Shown: positions 41,269 to 52,895 of the stretch, piece by piece
How the letters are laid out: every line of letters begins with the position of its first letter
Position numbering within the stretch: the stretch's first letter is position 1
Assembly (NCBI GenBank): GCA_963708585.1
Contig: CAVPSW010000004.1
Location: 106,875-170,874, forward strand
DNA length: 64,000 bases
Direction: 5' to 3'
From: an uncultured Alphaproteobacteria bacterium
GTDB taxonomy: Bacteria; Pseudomonadota; Alphaproteobacteria; Acetobacterales; Acetobacteraceae
Made by a program: the position numbers and the translations under genes
The notes under the pieces: generated by a model
What the model saw: only the letters and a program-made list of their open reading frames with translations
Database searches by the model: none
Told to the model about the DNA's origin: nothing

Positions 41269-42785
41269 ATGCGCCATCTAGTTTTGGCAACACTCTGCCT
41301 CGCTACGTGGGCCGGGGCGGCGACGGCGCAGCCGTTTCGGATCGCGCTGCGCGAGGACCCGGACAGCCTCGACCCGACCCTGGCGCGGACCTACGTCAGC
41401 CGGATCGTCTTCGCCGGGCTGTGCGACAAGCTGTTCGACATCAACGAGAAGCTCGAGATCGTGCCGCAGCTCGCGACCGGCTACGAATGGGCCGACCCGA
41501 AGACGCTGGTCATCAAGCTGCGCGACCGGCGTGCTGTTCCAGGACGGCACCAAGATGGACGCGGATGCGGTCAAGTATTCGCTCGAGCGGCACCTCAACA
41601 TGCCGGGCAGCTTCCGCCGCTCCGAGATCAACGCGATGGACCACGTCGAGGTGGTCGATCCGCTGACGGTCAAGGTCGTGCTGAAGGAGCCGTCCTCGCC
41701 GTTCCTGGCGCAGCTCGACGGACCGCGCCGGCATGATCGTCTCGCCGAAGGCGGCGGAGGCGGAGGGAAAGGATTTCCGGCTGAAGCCGGTCTGCGCCGG
41801 ACCGTTCAGCTTCGTCGAGCGCGTGCCGCAGGACCACATCACGCTCGAGCGCTTCCCGCAGTACTGGGACGCGGCGAACATCCATCTCGACCGGCGTGAC
41901 CTATCAGATCATCCCCGACAGCTCGATCCGGCTCGCCAACCTGCAGGCCGGGCAGCACCGAACTGGTCGAATACATCGTGCCGACCGATGTGGACGCGGT
42001 GAAGAAGGACCCGCAAGCTGAAGCTCGCGATGATGGACGCGCTCGGGTTCCAGACCATCGAGTTCAACGTCGGCGAACGGGCCGCGGGCGAACACGCCGA
42101 TCGGCCAGGACGCGCGCGTGCGGCAGGCGTTCGAGCGCTCGATCGACCGCGAGGCGCTGCTGCAGGTCGTCTATAACGGCCTGTACGCGCCGGCGGCGCA
42201 GGGCATCCCGCCGGCGCAGCCCGATGCACGTCGCCGAGCTCAAGCCGCAGCCGCGGGACGTGGACGCGGCCAAGGCGCTGCTGCAGCAGGCGGGGGTGAA
42301 GACGCCGGTGGTGGTGCACCTGACGGTGCCGAACAACCCGGACCTGCGCCAGGTCGGCGAGATCATCCAGTCGATGGCCGCCGAGGCCGGGTTCGACGTG
42401 CAGATCACCGCCTCGGAATACGCCTCGGCGCTGGACGCGGCCACGCGCGGCGACTTCGAGGCGTTCCTGACGGCGTGGTCCGGCCGCGTCGACCCGGACG
42501 GCAACCTTTATCAGTTCCTGCACACCGGCGGCGCGCTGAACGACGCCGAAATACTCGCAATCCCGACGTGGACCAGGCGCTCGACGGGGCGCGCGCGGTC
42601 GCCGACACGGCGCAGCGGCGCGGCGCTCTACGCGCAAGATGTATGCGCAGGAGGCAAAGGACCTGCCGATCATGTATCTCTGGTATCCAGAAGAGCATCG
42701 TCGGCATGCCGGCGAACGTGCAGGGCTTCACAGCAGGTGCCGGACGGGATGATCCGGCTGCAGGGCGTGAGCCTGGCGCAAGTAG
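41269..42785 (+). CDS. ABC transporter substrate-binding protein, family 5 (peptide/nickel type; many frame changes; 3' end approximate)
   Basis: Signal peptide MRHLVLATLCLATWAGAATAQ, then FRIALREDPDSLDPTLARTYVSR... Later pieces read ...VLFQDGTKMDADAVKYSLERH..., ...FLTAWSGRVDPDGNLYQFLHTGG... Confidence 0.8.
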
Positions 42786-42793
42786 CTCGCGCG

Positions 42794-43747
42794 ATGCGCG
42801 GCCATCTCGGCGACGCGGCTGCTGCAGGTCATCCCGACCATCCTGCTGGTCAGCATCCTCGTGTTCGCCCTGCAGCAGCTCATGCCCGGCGACCCGGCCG
42901 ACGGTGCTCGCCGGCGAGGAGCGCGGCGACCCGGCGGTGCTGGCGCAGATCCGCGCCGAGCTGTGGCTCGACCGGCCGCTGCCGATGCAATACCTGCACT
43001 GGATCGGGCGGCGTGCTGCACGGCGACCTCGGCTTCTCCTGGCGCATCCGCGAGCCGGTGCTGCAGCTGATCCTGACCAAGCTGCCGGTGACGCTGCAGC
43101 TCGCGGCGATGGCGTTCGTCATCGCGCTCTGCATCGGCGTGCCGGCGGGGGTGCTGTCGGCGGTGTACCGCAACACGGTCTGGGACTACCTGGTCAACCT
43201 GGTCGGGCTCGCCGGGCTCAGCACGCCCAATTTCTGGCTCGGGATCATGCTGATCCTGCTGGTCTCGGTGCAGCTCGGCTGGCTGCCGCCCTCCGGCTAC
43301 GTGCCGCTGCACGGAGGACTGGCGGCAGTCGCTGGCGACCACGATCATGCCGGCCTTCGTGCTCGGCAACGCGATCGCCGCGATCCTGATGCGCCATACC
43401 CGCAGCGCCATGCTGACCGCGCTCGACCAGGATTACGTGCGCACCGCGCGGGCCAAGGGCTTGCGCGGAGACGCGTGGTCGTCGTGCGGCACGCGTTCCG
43501 CAACGCGCTGGTGCCGGTGGTGACGCTGGGCGCGCTCGAGCTGGGCACGCTGCTGTCCGGCGCCGTGCTGACCGAGCAGGTGTTCAGCATCCCCGGCTTC
43601 GGCAAGCTGGTCGTCGACGCGGTGTTCAACCGCGACTACCCGGTGGTGCAGGGCGTCGTGCTGGTGACGGCCTGCCTGTTCATCCTGCTGAACCTGCTGG
43701 CCGACGTGCTCTACGTGCTGATCAACCCGCGGCTGCGCGCGGCATGA
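42794..43747 (+). CDS. ABC transporter permease (DppB/OppB-like; frame-broken)
   Basis: ...RLLQVIPTILLVSILVFALQQLMPGDPA..., then ...DYVRTARAKGL...VFSIPGFGKLVVDAVFNRDYPVVQGVVLV...INPRLRAA*. Confidence 0.85.
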   Translation: MRGHLGDAAAAGHPDHPAGQHPRVRPAAAHARRPGRRCSPARSAATRRCWRRSAPSCGSTGRCRCNTCTGSGGVLHGDLGFSWRIREPVLQLILTKLPVTLQLAAMAFVIALCIGVPAGVLSAVYRNTVWDYLVNLVGLAGLSTPNFWLGIMLILLVSVQLGWLPPSGYVPLHGGLAAVAGDHDHAGLRARQRDRRDPDAPYPQRHADRARPGLRAHRAGQGLARRRVVVVRHAFRNALVPVVTLGALELGTLLSGAVLTEQVFSIPGFGKLVVDAVFNRDYPVVQGVVLVTACLFILLNLLADVLYVLINPRLRAA

Positions 43748-44612
43748 GCGCAGCGGCGGCGCTGCATCGCGCAGCCCGGCCGCGCTGGCGCTGCGCCGGT
43801 TCGCGCGGGCGGCCGGCGGCGGTGGCCGGGCTGGTGGTGATCACGGTGTTCGTGCTGGTGGCCGCGCTGGCGCCGCTGGTCGCGCCGTACAACCCGGACG
43901 CGACGAGCTGGACGCTGATCCGCAAGGCGCCGTCGGCCGCTGCACTGGATGGGCACGGACGAGAACGGGCGCGACGTGTTCTCGCGCGTGGTGTTCGGGC
44001 GCGCGGGCGTCGCTGCTGGCGGGCGTGGTCTCGGTGCTGATCGCGGCCGGGATCGGCGTGCCGCTCGGGCTGCTGGCCGGGTTCGCGGGCGGCAAGGTGG
44101 ACGCGGTGATCGGGCGGCTGGTGGACGCGATGCTGGCCTGCCCGTTCCTGATCCTGGCGATCGCGCTGGCGGCGTTCCTCGGCCCGGCGCTGACCAACGC
44201 GATGATCGCGATCGGCGTCACCGCGGCGCCGGTGTTCGTGCGGGTGGCGCGCGGCGCGACGATGGACGCGGCGACCAACGAGTATGTCGAGGCGGCGCGC
44301 GCGCTCGGCAACCCGCCGTGGCGGGTGGCGGTGCGCCACGTGCTGCCGAACATCGTGCCGCCGGTGCTGGTGCAGGCGACGCTGGCGATCGCGGCGGCGA
44401 TCATCGCCGAGGCGAGCCTCTCCTTCCTCGGCCTCGGCCAGCAGCCGCCGGCGCCGAGCTGGGGCAGCATGCTGAACTCGGCGCAGCGGTTCCTGACCCA
44501 GGCGCCGTGGCTGGCGGTGTTCCCGGGCATCGCGATCTTCCTCGCGGTGCTGTCGTTCAACCTGGTGGGCGACGGGCTGCGGGACGCGCTCGGACCCAGC
44601 GGACGGCGCTGA
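43744..44612 (+). CDS. ABC transporter permease (DppC/OppC-like; frame-broken)
   Basis: ...LAPLVAPYNPD..., HWMGTDENGRDVFSRVVFG (ORF 43949..), then ORF 44025..44612 with ...EYVEAARALG...EASLSFLGLG... Confidence 0.85.
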
Positions 44613-45596
44613 TGCGCGGTGTGCGGTAGCGTCTGGACGATTGGCAGGGCGTCGCGCGGGAGAGCGCGGACTGGTCGAAGCTGCGAGGCGCAGGCGGAGG
44701 TGGTGATCCTGCCGAAGCCGTTCGCGGACGAGGACGCGGCGGCCGCGGCGCTCGCAGGACTTCGAGATCCTGATGCTGATGCGCGAGCGCACCCCGTTCC
44801 CGGCGCAGCCTGATCGCGCGGCTGCCGAAGCTGCAAGATGATCGCGCTGACCGGCAGCCGCTCGCCCTCGCTCGACGTCGCCGCCTGCACGCGAGCGCGG
44901 CGTGGTGGTCAGCAACACCGGCGGCACGGCGTCGACGACGGGACGGCGGAGCTGGCGCTCGGGCTGATGCTGGCCGCGGCGCGGCGGATCCCGGCCGGCG
45001 ACGCGGCGATCCGGGCCGGGCGGTTCCAGGAGGGCGTGGGCGTCGGCCCGGTGCTGGAGGGCAAGACGCTGGGGATCATCGGGCTGGGCCGGATCGGCGC
45101 CTGGGTCGCGCGCTATGGGCGGGCGCTGGACATGACGGTGCTGGCCTGGAGCCGGAGCCTGACGCGCGACGCGGCCGAGGCGGGCGGGGCGGAGCTGGCG
45201 GCGAGCAAGGACGCGCTGCTGGCGGCATCGGACGTGGTGAGCCTGCACGTGCCGCTGTCGCCGGCGTCGCGCGGGCTGATCGGGGCGGCGGAGATCGCGC
45301 GGATGAAGCCCGGCGCGATCCTGGTCAACACGTCGCGGGCCGGGCTGGTGGATCAGGCGGCGCTGCTGGCGGCGCTGCGGGACGGCCGGATCATGCGCCG
45401 GCGCTGGACGTCTACGAGCAGGAGCCGCTGCCGCCGGACGACCCGATCCGCACGGCGCCGAACACGGTGCTGACGCCGCATGTCGGCTACGGCTCGGTCG
45501 ACACGTTCCGGCAGTTCTATCGCGGAGAGCATCGAGAACATGCTGGCGTTCATCCTGGGCGCAGCCGATCCGGGTGATGAACCCGGAGGCTGCTGA
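44612..45596 (+). CDS. D-isomer-specific 2-hydroxyacid dehydrogenase family protein (heavily frame-broken; one in-frame stop near the start; ends approximate)
   Basis: Pieces read ...LDDWQGVARESADWSKL..., ...FEILMLMRERTPFPA..., GKTLGIIGLGRIGAWVARYG (NAD motif), ...VVSLHVPL..., ...LDVYEQEPLPPDDPIRTAPNTVLTPHVGY. Confidence 0.65.
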
Positions 45597-45615
45597 AGCG
45601 CTCGAAGCCGGCGGG

Positions 45616-46027
45616 CTAAGCGGCCGGCTCGGAGCTGCTCTCGGCTCGTCGCCCCGCAAGGCGGCGGCCATTGCGTCGCCCACGGCGCGGGCAAGCGCTT
45701 CGCCTCCCGCGGCGGCGGCGGGCGCAAGGAACGGGCGGGGCGGGAGGTGGACGGTGCCCATCTCCTGCGGCGCGGCGGCCTTGTCGTTGCTGCCGACCGC
45801 CGCTTCGAGCCCATCCGATTGCGCCGCGATGCTGTCGCGAAGCGCGCCGGTCTGCGCCCAGGGCCGGTCGTGCTCGCCGGAGCCGGGCGGCTCCGAGAGC
45901 GCGTCCCGCACCGCCTCCGCCATGCGCTCGGCGCCCTCGGCCAGCGCGCGGGCCATGACCTCCTCGGGCCGCACGGCGGCGAGGCGCTTGCCCGAACTTC
46001 CGCCAAGCCCTTGATCGCCAGGTTCAT
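45616..46027 (-). CDS. HK97-gp10-like phage head-tail protein homologue, isolated (frame-broken)
   Basis: MNLAIKGL..., then ...RLAAVRPEEVMARALAEGAERMAEAVRDAL...QTGALRDSIAAQSDGLEAAVGSN...EMGTVHLPPRPFLAPAA... This matches the TGALRDSI and FGT..pPRPFL motifs of the gp10 family (from memory). Confidence 0.5.
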
Positions 46028-46116
46028 GCCGCCCTCCATCGCCGGCGATTTCTCCATTTGTTCGCGTTTGCGCGCAAGCGGGGAGGCGCGATGGTGAGGG
46101 CAAAGGGGAGGGGACG

Positions 46117-47173
46117 ATGCGCGCCTGGGCCGTGGTCGAGAACGGGGCGGACCTGCAGGAGCTGGAGCTGCCGACGCCGGAGCCGAAGGGGACCGAGGTG
46201 CTGCTCGAAGTGACCCATTGCGGGGTCTGCCACTCCGACCTGCACATCTGGGACGGCTATTACGACATCGGCGGCGGCAAGCGGATGTCGCTGAAGGACC
46301 GCGGCGTGGTGCTGCCGCTGGCGATGGGGCACGAGATCGTCGGCCGGGTCGTGAAGCTCGGGCCGGAGGCGGAGGGGGTCGCGGTCGGCGATCTGCGGAT
46401 CGTGTTCCCCTGGCTCGGCTGCGGCCAATGCGAGCGGTGCCTGGCGGAGGAGGACAATATGTGCCTCGTCTCGCGCGCGCTCGGCGTCTACCAGAACGGC
46501 GGCTACGCGACGCATGTCGTGGCGCCGCACCCGCGGCACCTGATCGACCCCGGCACGATCGACCCGGCGCTGGCGGCGACCTACGCCTGCTCGGGCATCA
46601 CCGTCTATTCGGCGATCCGCAAGGTGATGCCGATGCCGCCGGACAAGCCGATCGTCGCTCATCGGCGCCGGCGGGCTGGGGCTCGCCGCGATCGCGGTGC
46701 TGAAGGCGCTCGGCCACCGCGCGATCGTCTCCGTCGACCTCAGCGAGGAGAAGCGGCAGGCGGCGCTCGCCGCCGGCGCGACCGCGGTGGTGGACGCGAG
46801 CGGCGAGGGCGTCGCGGAGCGGATCGTCGAGGCCTGCGGCGGCCCGGCGGAGGCGATCATCGACCTGGTGAACGGCACGGCCACGGCCGCCTTCGCGTTC
46901 GCGGCGCTGCGCAAGGGCGGCAAGCTGATCCAGGTCGGGCTGTTCGGCGGCGAGCTGACGCTGCCGCTGCCGATCATGGCGATGCGGGCGCTGACGGTGC
47001 AGGGCAGCTACGTCGGCAACCCGAAGGAGCTGCGCGAGCTGGTCGCGCTGGCGCAGGAGGGCAAGCTGCAGCCGATGCCGATCACGACGATGCCGCAGCG
47101 CGAGGCGAACGACGCGCTGATGCGGCTGCGCGACGGCCGGGTCAACGGGCGGGTGGTGCTGACCGCCGCCTGA
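46117..47173 (+). CDS. Zinc-dependent alcohol dehydrogenase family protein (one frame change near 46655)
   Basis: CGVCHSDLH, MGHEIVG, CGQCERC. The second half is ORF 46697..47173, with IGAGGLGL just before it. Confidence 0.85.
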
Positions 47174-47200
47174 GGCGGGCCGCCGTGCTAAGGCGGACCG

Positions 47201-47834
47201 ATGGTGCCGGTCGTCCTGCTCTCGCTGCAGGTCAGCGTGGGGGCGACGCTGATCGCTTGCCTGCTCGGGCTGCCGCTCGGGGCCGCGCTGGCGCTGCGGC
47301 GGTTCCCGGGCCGGGGGGCGCTGGTGCTGCTCGGCAACGCGCTGCTCGGGCTGCCGCCGGTGGTGGTCGGGCTGGTGCTCTATCTGTTGCTGTCGCGGTC
47401 GGGGCCGCTCGGGGCGCTGCAACTGCTGTTCACGCCGGCGGCGATGCTGGCCGCGCAGATGCTGCTGGCGCTGCCGATCGCGGTGGCGCTCACGCATCGG
47501 GCCGCTTCGGGGGTGTGGCGGGTCTACGGCGACGAGCTGCGTGCTCGAGGGCGCCGGGCTGCTGCGCTCGGTCGGGATGGTGCTGGCGATCGGGCGGGCG
47601 GAGGCGCTGACGGCGGTGCTGGCGGCGTTCGGGCGGACGATCTCGGAAGTGGGCGCGATCATCATCGTGGGCGGCAACATCGCGGGCTATACGCGCACCA
47701 TGACGACGTCGATCGTGCTGGAGACGAGCAAGGGCAATCTTCCGTTTGCGCTCTCGCTGGGGGCGGTGCTGATCCTGATCAGCCTGTTGGTCAGCGGGGC
47801 GGCGTTCGCGCTGGCCGGGCGGCGGCTGCCTTGA
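47201..47834 (+). CDS. tupB: ABC transporter permease, TupB (tungstate)-like (one frame change near 47540)
   Basis: ...LSLQVSVGATLIACLLGLPLG...GLPPVVVGLVLYLLLSRSGPLG... C-terminal part is ORF 47541..47834. Confidence 0.65.
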
Positions 47835-48651
47835 TGCGCGTTCCTCGCTCGCGTTGCTGCTCCTCGCCGGGCTCGGGACGGCGCGGGCGGCGGAGACGCG
47901 TCGTGCTGGCCTCGACCACGTCGGTCGAGAACAGCGGCCTGCTCGGCGCACATCCTGCCGCAATTCACCAGGGAGACCGGGATCGAGGTGCGGGTGCTGG
48001 CGCTCGGCACCGGGCAGGCGCTGGCGGTGACGGCGCGCGGCGACGCGGACCTGCTGCTGGTCCACGACCCGGAGGCGGAGGGCAAGTTCATGGCGGCGGG
48101 GCACGGCGTGTCGCGGCGGCTGGTCGCCTGGAACGACTTCATCATCGTCGGGCCGCGGTCCGACCCGGCGCATGTCGGCGGCGGGCACGACGCCGGAGGC
48201 GGCGCTGGTGGCCATCGCGCGGGCAAAGGCGCCGTTCGATCTCGCGCGGCGACAACAGCGGGACGGATGCGCTGGAGAAGCGGCTGTGGCGCGCGGCCGG
48301 GCTCGACCCGAACACGTTCGGGCCGTGGTACCGCGACATCGGCGGCGGCATGGGGGCGGCGCTGAACGCGGCGAGCGGCAATGGACGCCTACACGCTCTC
48401 CGACCGCGGCACCTGGCTCGTCGTTCGGCAACAAGGCGCGACCTCGCGGTGCTGGTGGAGGGGGCGAAGGCGCTGCTGAACCGCTACGACGTGATCATCC
48501 CCAACCCGGCCGAGCATCGGCCGGAGGGCCGAGCGCCGGCGGCGCGGCTCGCCGACTGGCTGCTCTCAGCGGAAGGGCAGGCGGCGATCGCGAGTACCGG
48601 GTCGCGGGGCAGACCCTATTCCACCCGGTGGCGGACCCGATCCCCGAGTAG
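47834..48651 (+). CDS. tupA: Periplasmic binding protein, TupA (tungstate/oxyanion)-like (several frame changes)
   Basis: The ATG overlaps the permease stop (TGATG). Pieces read ...VLASTTSVENSGLL..., RVLALGTGQALAVTARGDADLLLVHDPEAEGKFMAAGHGV...NDFIIVGP, ...SRGDNSGTDALEKRLW..., ...AYTLSDRGTWL... Confidence 0.6.
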
Positions 48652-48652
48652 C

Positions 48653-50105
48653 TCAGAGCGCGCGGACCGTTCCGCCGTCACGCGGGAGGGAGGCGGCAGG
48701 CTGGCCGCCGCTGAGCTGCATGGGCCGGCGCGAGGTGGCGCGGAGCAGCGCGGCGACGAAGGAGCGGCCCCAGCCGAGCGCGGAGGTGTCCTTGATCGCG
48801 TCCCAGGCCTCGCGCCAGCGGGATTGGCGCTCGGCGAGGCTCATGGTCAGCGCCTGCTCGAGCGCGTCGGCCATCGCGTCGGCGTCGTAGGGATTGACCA
48901 GCAGGGCCGAGCCGAGCTGCTGCGCCGCGCCGGCGAAGCGGGACAGGACCAGCACGCCGGGGTCCTGCGGGTCCTGCGCGGCGATGTATTCCTTGGCGAC
49001 CAGGTTCATGCCGTCGCGCAGCGGCGTGACCAGGCCGACCCGGGCCTCGCGCATGTAGCCGGCGATGGTGTTGCGCGCGCCGGCGCGGGCGATCAGGCGC
49101 AGCGGCGTCCAGTCCGGCTCGGCGAAGGCGCTGTTGAGGTTGCCGGCCTCGCGCTCGACGGCCTGGCGCAGGTCGCGGTAGGCGGCGACGTCCTGGCGCG
49201 ATTCGGCCGCGATCTGCAGCAGCGTGACCCGGCGATGCCAGTGCGGCGCGCGTCTCCAGCAGGCGGCGGTAGCCGGCGACGCGCTGCATCAGGCCCTTGG
49301 TCGGGTCGAGCCGGTCGACGCCGAGCATGAGCAACTGCTGGCGAGAGACTGCGCCGGAGCCGCTCGGACGGAGGAGGCGAGCCAGGAATCCTCGGCGATC
49401 GCGGCGAATTCCTGCGGCTCGATCTCGACCGGGAAGGCGCCGAGGCGGATGCGGCGCCCGCCGAACAGCAGCCAGTTGTTCGGGCCGCGCTCGGCGCCGG
49501 CCATGCGGACGGCGGCCTCGGCGAAGTTGCCGGCGTCGTTCTCGGTCTGGAAGCCGAGCAGGTCGGCGGCCAGCAGGTCGCGCACCAGCGCCGCGCGCCT
49601 CCGGCACCTTGACCAGCAGGTCCGAGCCGGGGAACGGGATGTGCAGGAAGAAGCCGATCGGCGCCTCGACGCCTCGCGCCCGCAGCAGCGCCGGCATCGC
49701 CATCAGGTGGTAGTCATGCACCCAGATCAGGTCGCTCGGGCCGAAGCAGCGGCACCAGCTGATCGGCGAAGCGCTCGTTGACCTCGCGATAGGCCTGCGC
49801 GTTGCGGCGGTCGATAGGTCATCAGCTCCGGCATCGAGTGCAGCAGCGGCCAGAGCGTGCCGTTGGAGAACTCGTTGTAGTAGCGGTCGTGCTGCTCGGC
49901 GGTGAGGTCGACCGTCGCGAAGCGGACGGCGCCGTCCTCGACCATGCGCGTGCTCGTCGCGTCGGAGATGCGGCCGCTCCAGCCGAACCACAGGCCCGCC
50001 GCGCTGCTGCATCAGCGCTTCCAGCGCCACCGCCAGACCGCCGGCCTGCGCGCCCGCTGCCGACGGCGCGGGCACCCGGTTGCTGACCACGACGAGGCGG
50101 TTCAT
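48653..50105 (-). CDS. otsA: Alpha,alpha-trehalose-phosphate synthase (UDP-forming) (many frame changes)
   Basis: Starts [12 protein letters not shown]. Pieces read ...[15 protein letters not shown]..., ...IWVHDYHLM..., and C-terminal ORF 48653..49054 with [14 protein letters not shown]. Confidence 0.85.
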
Positions 50106-50139
50106 CGGACCTCCAGGAGCGCGACAGGCAAGCGCCGCT

Positions 50140-52895
50140 AGGACCGAACTTACGCTGACGCCGCCCGCCGATCAAGTCAACCGGCTCCTCGCGCAGCACA
50201 TCAACCCATGGCCGGCCGGCCAAATCGCGCGGCATGACCAGCCGCGTCTCTCGCCATTGTGATGGGTCGACCATGGGAACGGATGGGCTCCAGTTGCGAG
50301 CGCGGCGGGCAGGCGGGTCGCGACCGCGAGGGCGGCGCGGCCTTCATGCACGCGCAAGAAGGCCAAAATATGTTCCGCGCCCGGGCCGTCCGACCCGGAT
50401 CGGCCGGTAGCTGCCGCGCGGTGAACAGGCCCGGCGCGCGGGCGCGGAAGGCGAGCGCGCGGGCGATGATCGCCTGCTTGACCCGGCCGTCGCGCCAGTG
50501 CGGCAGCAGCGCCGCCGGGTGCCTCGCCAGCGTCCAGCGCGCGCTCGCGGGCGGCGAAGTCGACCGGGCGGCGGTTGTCCGGGATCGACCAGGGAGAAGT
50601 CCCAGAACTCGGTGCCCTGATAGAGGTCGCAGATCCCGGGGCTGGTCAGGCGCAGCAGGGTCTGGGTCAGGCTGTTGATCGGCGCCGGGCGGCGCGATGC
50701 GGGCGGCGAACGCGGCGATCTCGGCCGCAGACGGGGCGGGCCGGGTCGAGGCAGGCGGCGAGGAAGGCGCGGCAGGCGGCCTCGTACTCGGCGTTCGGCG
50801 CGGCCCAGCCGGAGCGGCGCTTGGCCTCGCGCAGCGCCTTCTCCTGCCAGGCGGCGACGCGCTCCTCGAATGCCTTCAGCCCGTCGGCGTCGTCCGCGGC
50901 GAGGTCGAGCGGCCAGGCGGCGACCAGGGTCTGGTAGAGCATGTTCTCGTCGGCCGCGTCCGGGGCGGGGCCGTCGTCGAGGTCGCGCTTGAGCGAGGCG
51001 TTCAGCCGGGTCCAGCGCTGCAGCGCGGCCTCCCACTCGCCGGGGATCTCGCGAGAGCACGGCCAGGCGGATGCGGGTGTCCTCGCCGCGCTTGTGGTCG
51101 TGGGTCGCGGTGGCGAGCAGGGCGAGCGGCAGGTGGCGCTGCCGCTCCTTGTTCGTCGGCGTGGAAGGCCGGCCGGGCGTGAGGGCGAATTGCGAGGGCT
51201 CGGAGCCGACCTCGTTGCGCGAGAGCAGGCGGCCGTAGCGGTAGAACGCGGTGTCCTCGACCGACTTGGCCGCGGTGGGCGCGCTGAGCTGCTGGAACTT
51301 GACCATCGCGCGCTGCCATTCCTGGCGCGCGGTGCCGGCGGGAACGCCGCGCAGGCCGGTGCCGGACAGCCACTCGCCGACCAGCTCGAGCAGCGGCAGG
51401 TCGGCGGTGCGCACAGTGCGGCGGGCGCCGGCCATGGCCCAATCCATCTGCCGCTGGTCCGGCTCGGAGATGCCGGCCGGCGCCGGCGTAGATCCGGTAG
51501 GTGTGGAAGTGGACCAGCAGCTCGACCAGCGTGTTGCGGATCGCGGTCAGCGTGTAGTCGCGGGTGCGCAGGTTGCGGCGGGCGATGCGGTGCAGCGCGG
51601 TGGCGGTGACGAACAGCTCGCTGCTGAGGCTTTCGCGCAGGATCTGGCGGCGGGCGGCCTGGGCCTCGACCTCGAAATCGCCGGGGCGGCCGGTGCTCGT
51701 CGGTCCAGAGCGCGGTGAGCGGCGCCTCGCCGGCCGGGTCGTGCAGGACGGCGGCGACGTCGCTCATGAAGTCGTAGCCGGTGGTGCCGTCGGTCAGCCA
51801 GTCGTGGGCGAGGCGCTCGTGCGGCGCGAGGATCTTCTCGATCCAGATGATCGCGCGTGCGTCGCGCAGCTCCGGCGGGCGCTCCTTCTGCAGCGTGTCC
51901 AGGCGGCGGCGGAGCTTGCGGCAGTATTCGCGCGGGTAGGCGAGGCCGTCGACATGGTCGATGCGCACGCCGTCGATCAGGCCCTCCGTGTAGAGGCGGA
52001 AGATCGGTGCGGTGGGTGGCCTCGAACACCTCCGGCACTTCCTGGCGCACGCCGGCGAGGCCGTTGACGTCGAAGAAGCGGCGCCAGTTGATCTCGTCGG
52101 CCGCGGCGCGCCACCAGGCGAGGCGGTAATGCTGGCGCTCGAGCAGGCGGTGCAGCCGGTCCTGGCCCGTCCGGGGTCTTGGCGTCGTAGGCGCGCAGCG
52201 CCTCCTCGATCGCGGTCGGCGTAGGCGGGCTGCAGCAGCTCCTCGCGCGCGGCGCTGGGCGGCCTCGCGGACGGCGGCGCGGCCGCCGGGGCCGAGCTCG
52301 GCGAAGGCGCGGGCCGGCGCTTCGAGCGGGCCGCCGACGGTGAGCAGCACGGCGGCGTAGTCGCGCGGCGTGATCGGGAAGCGGTGCGTGTAGTAGGCGA
52401 CGAACAGGCGGCCGTCGCTCTCGTCGAACTTGAGCTGCGAGCTCGCCCTTCTGCAGGCACTCGCCATAGGAGCTGCCGAGGAACGGCGCCAGCAGGCGGC
52501 CGCGCAGCGTCGGGTCCGGCGGGTCCCAATCGATGTCGAAATACTCGGCATAGGGGCTGGCGCGGCCCCATTCGAGCACGTCGAGCCACCAGGCGTTGTC
52601 GTTGCCGCCGACGCCCATGTGGTTCGGGCACGATGTCGAGGATCAGCCCCATCTCGCGCTCGCGCAGCGCGGCGACCAGCCGCCGCAGCGCCTCCTCGCC
52701 GCCCAGCTCCGGGTTGATCTCGTTGTGGTTGACGATGTCGTAGCCGTGCGTCGACCCGGCGCGCGCGGTCAGCAGCGGCGAGGCGTAGAGATGGCTGATG
52801 CCGAGCTTGTCGAAATAGGGAACCAGGCGGAGCGCGTCGTCGAGGGTGAAGTCCTTGTGGAACTGCAGCCGGGCGGTGGCCGTGACGGGTTTCAT
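50140..52895 (-). CDS. treY: Maltooligosyl-trehalose synthase (many frame changes; 3' end approximate)
   Basis: The ATG at 52895 overlaps the malQ stop (ATGA). [21 protein letters not shown]...[31 protein letters not shown], ...[21 protein letters not shown] (shifted frame). Confidence 0.85.

Noticed and set aside
43722-46247. Very long ORFs such as 43722..46247 (-, 841 aa), 1714..3336 (+), 14417..15556 (-), 53561..55159 (+), 58572..60089 (+), and the tail of 47201..49330 (+).
   Set aside because: They are Arg/Pro/Ala/Gly-rich with no recognisable motifs. They run antisense or out of frame to genes with clear conserved motifs. This is the typical stop-codon-poor artefact of ~70% GC DNA.
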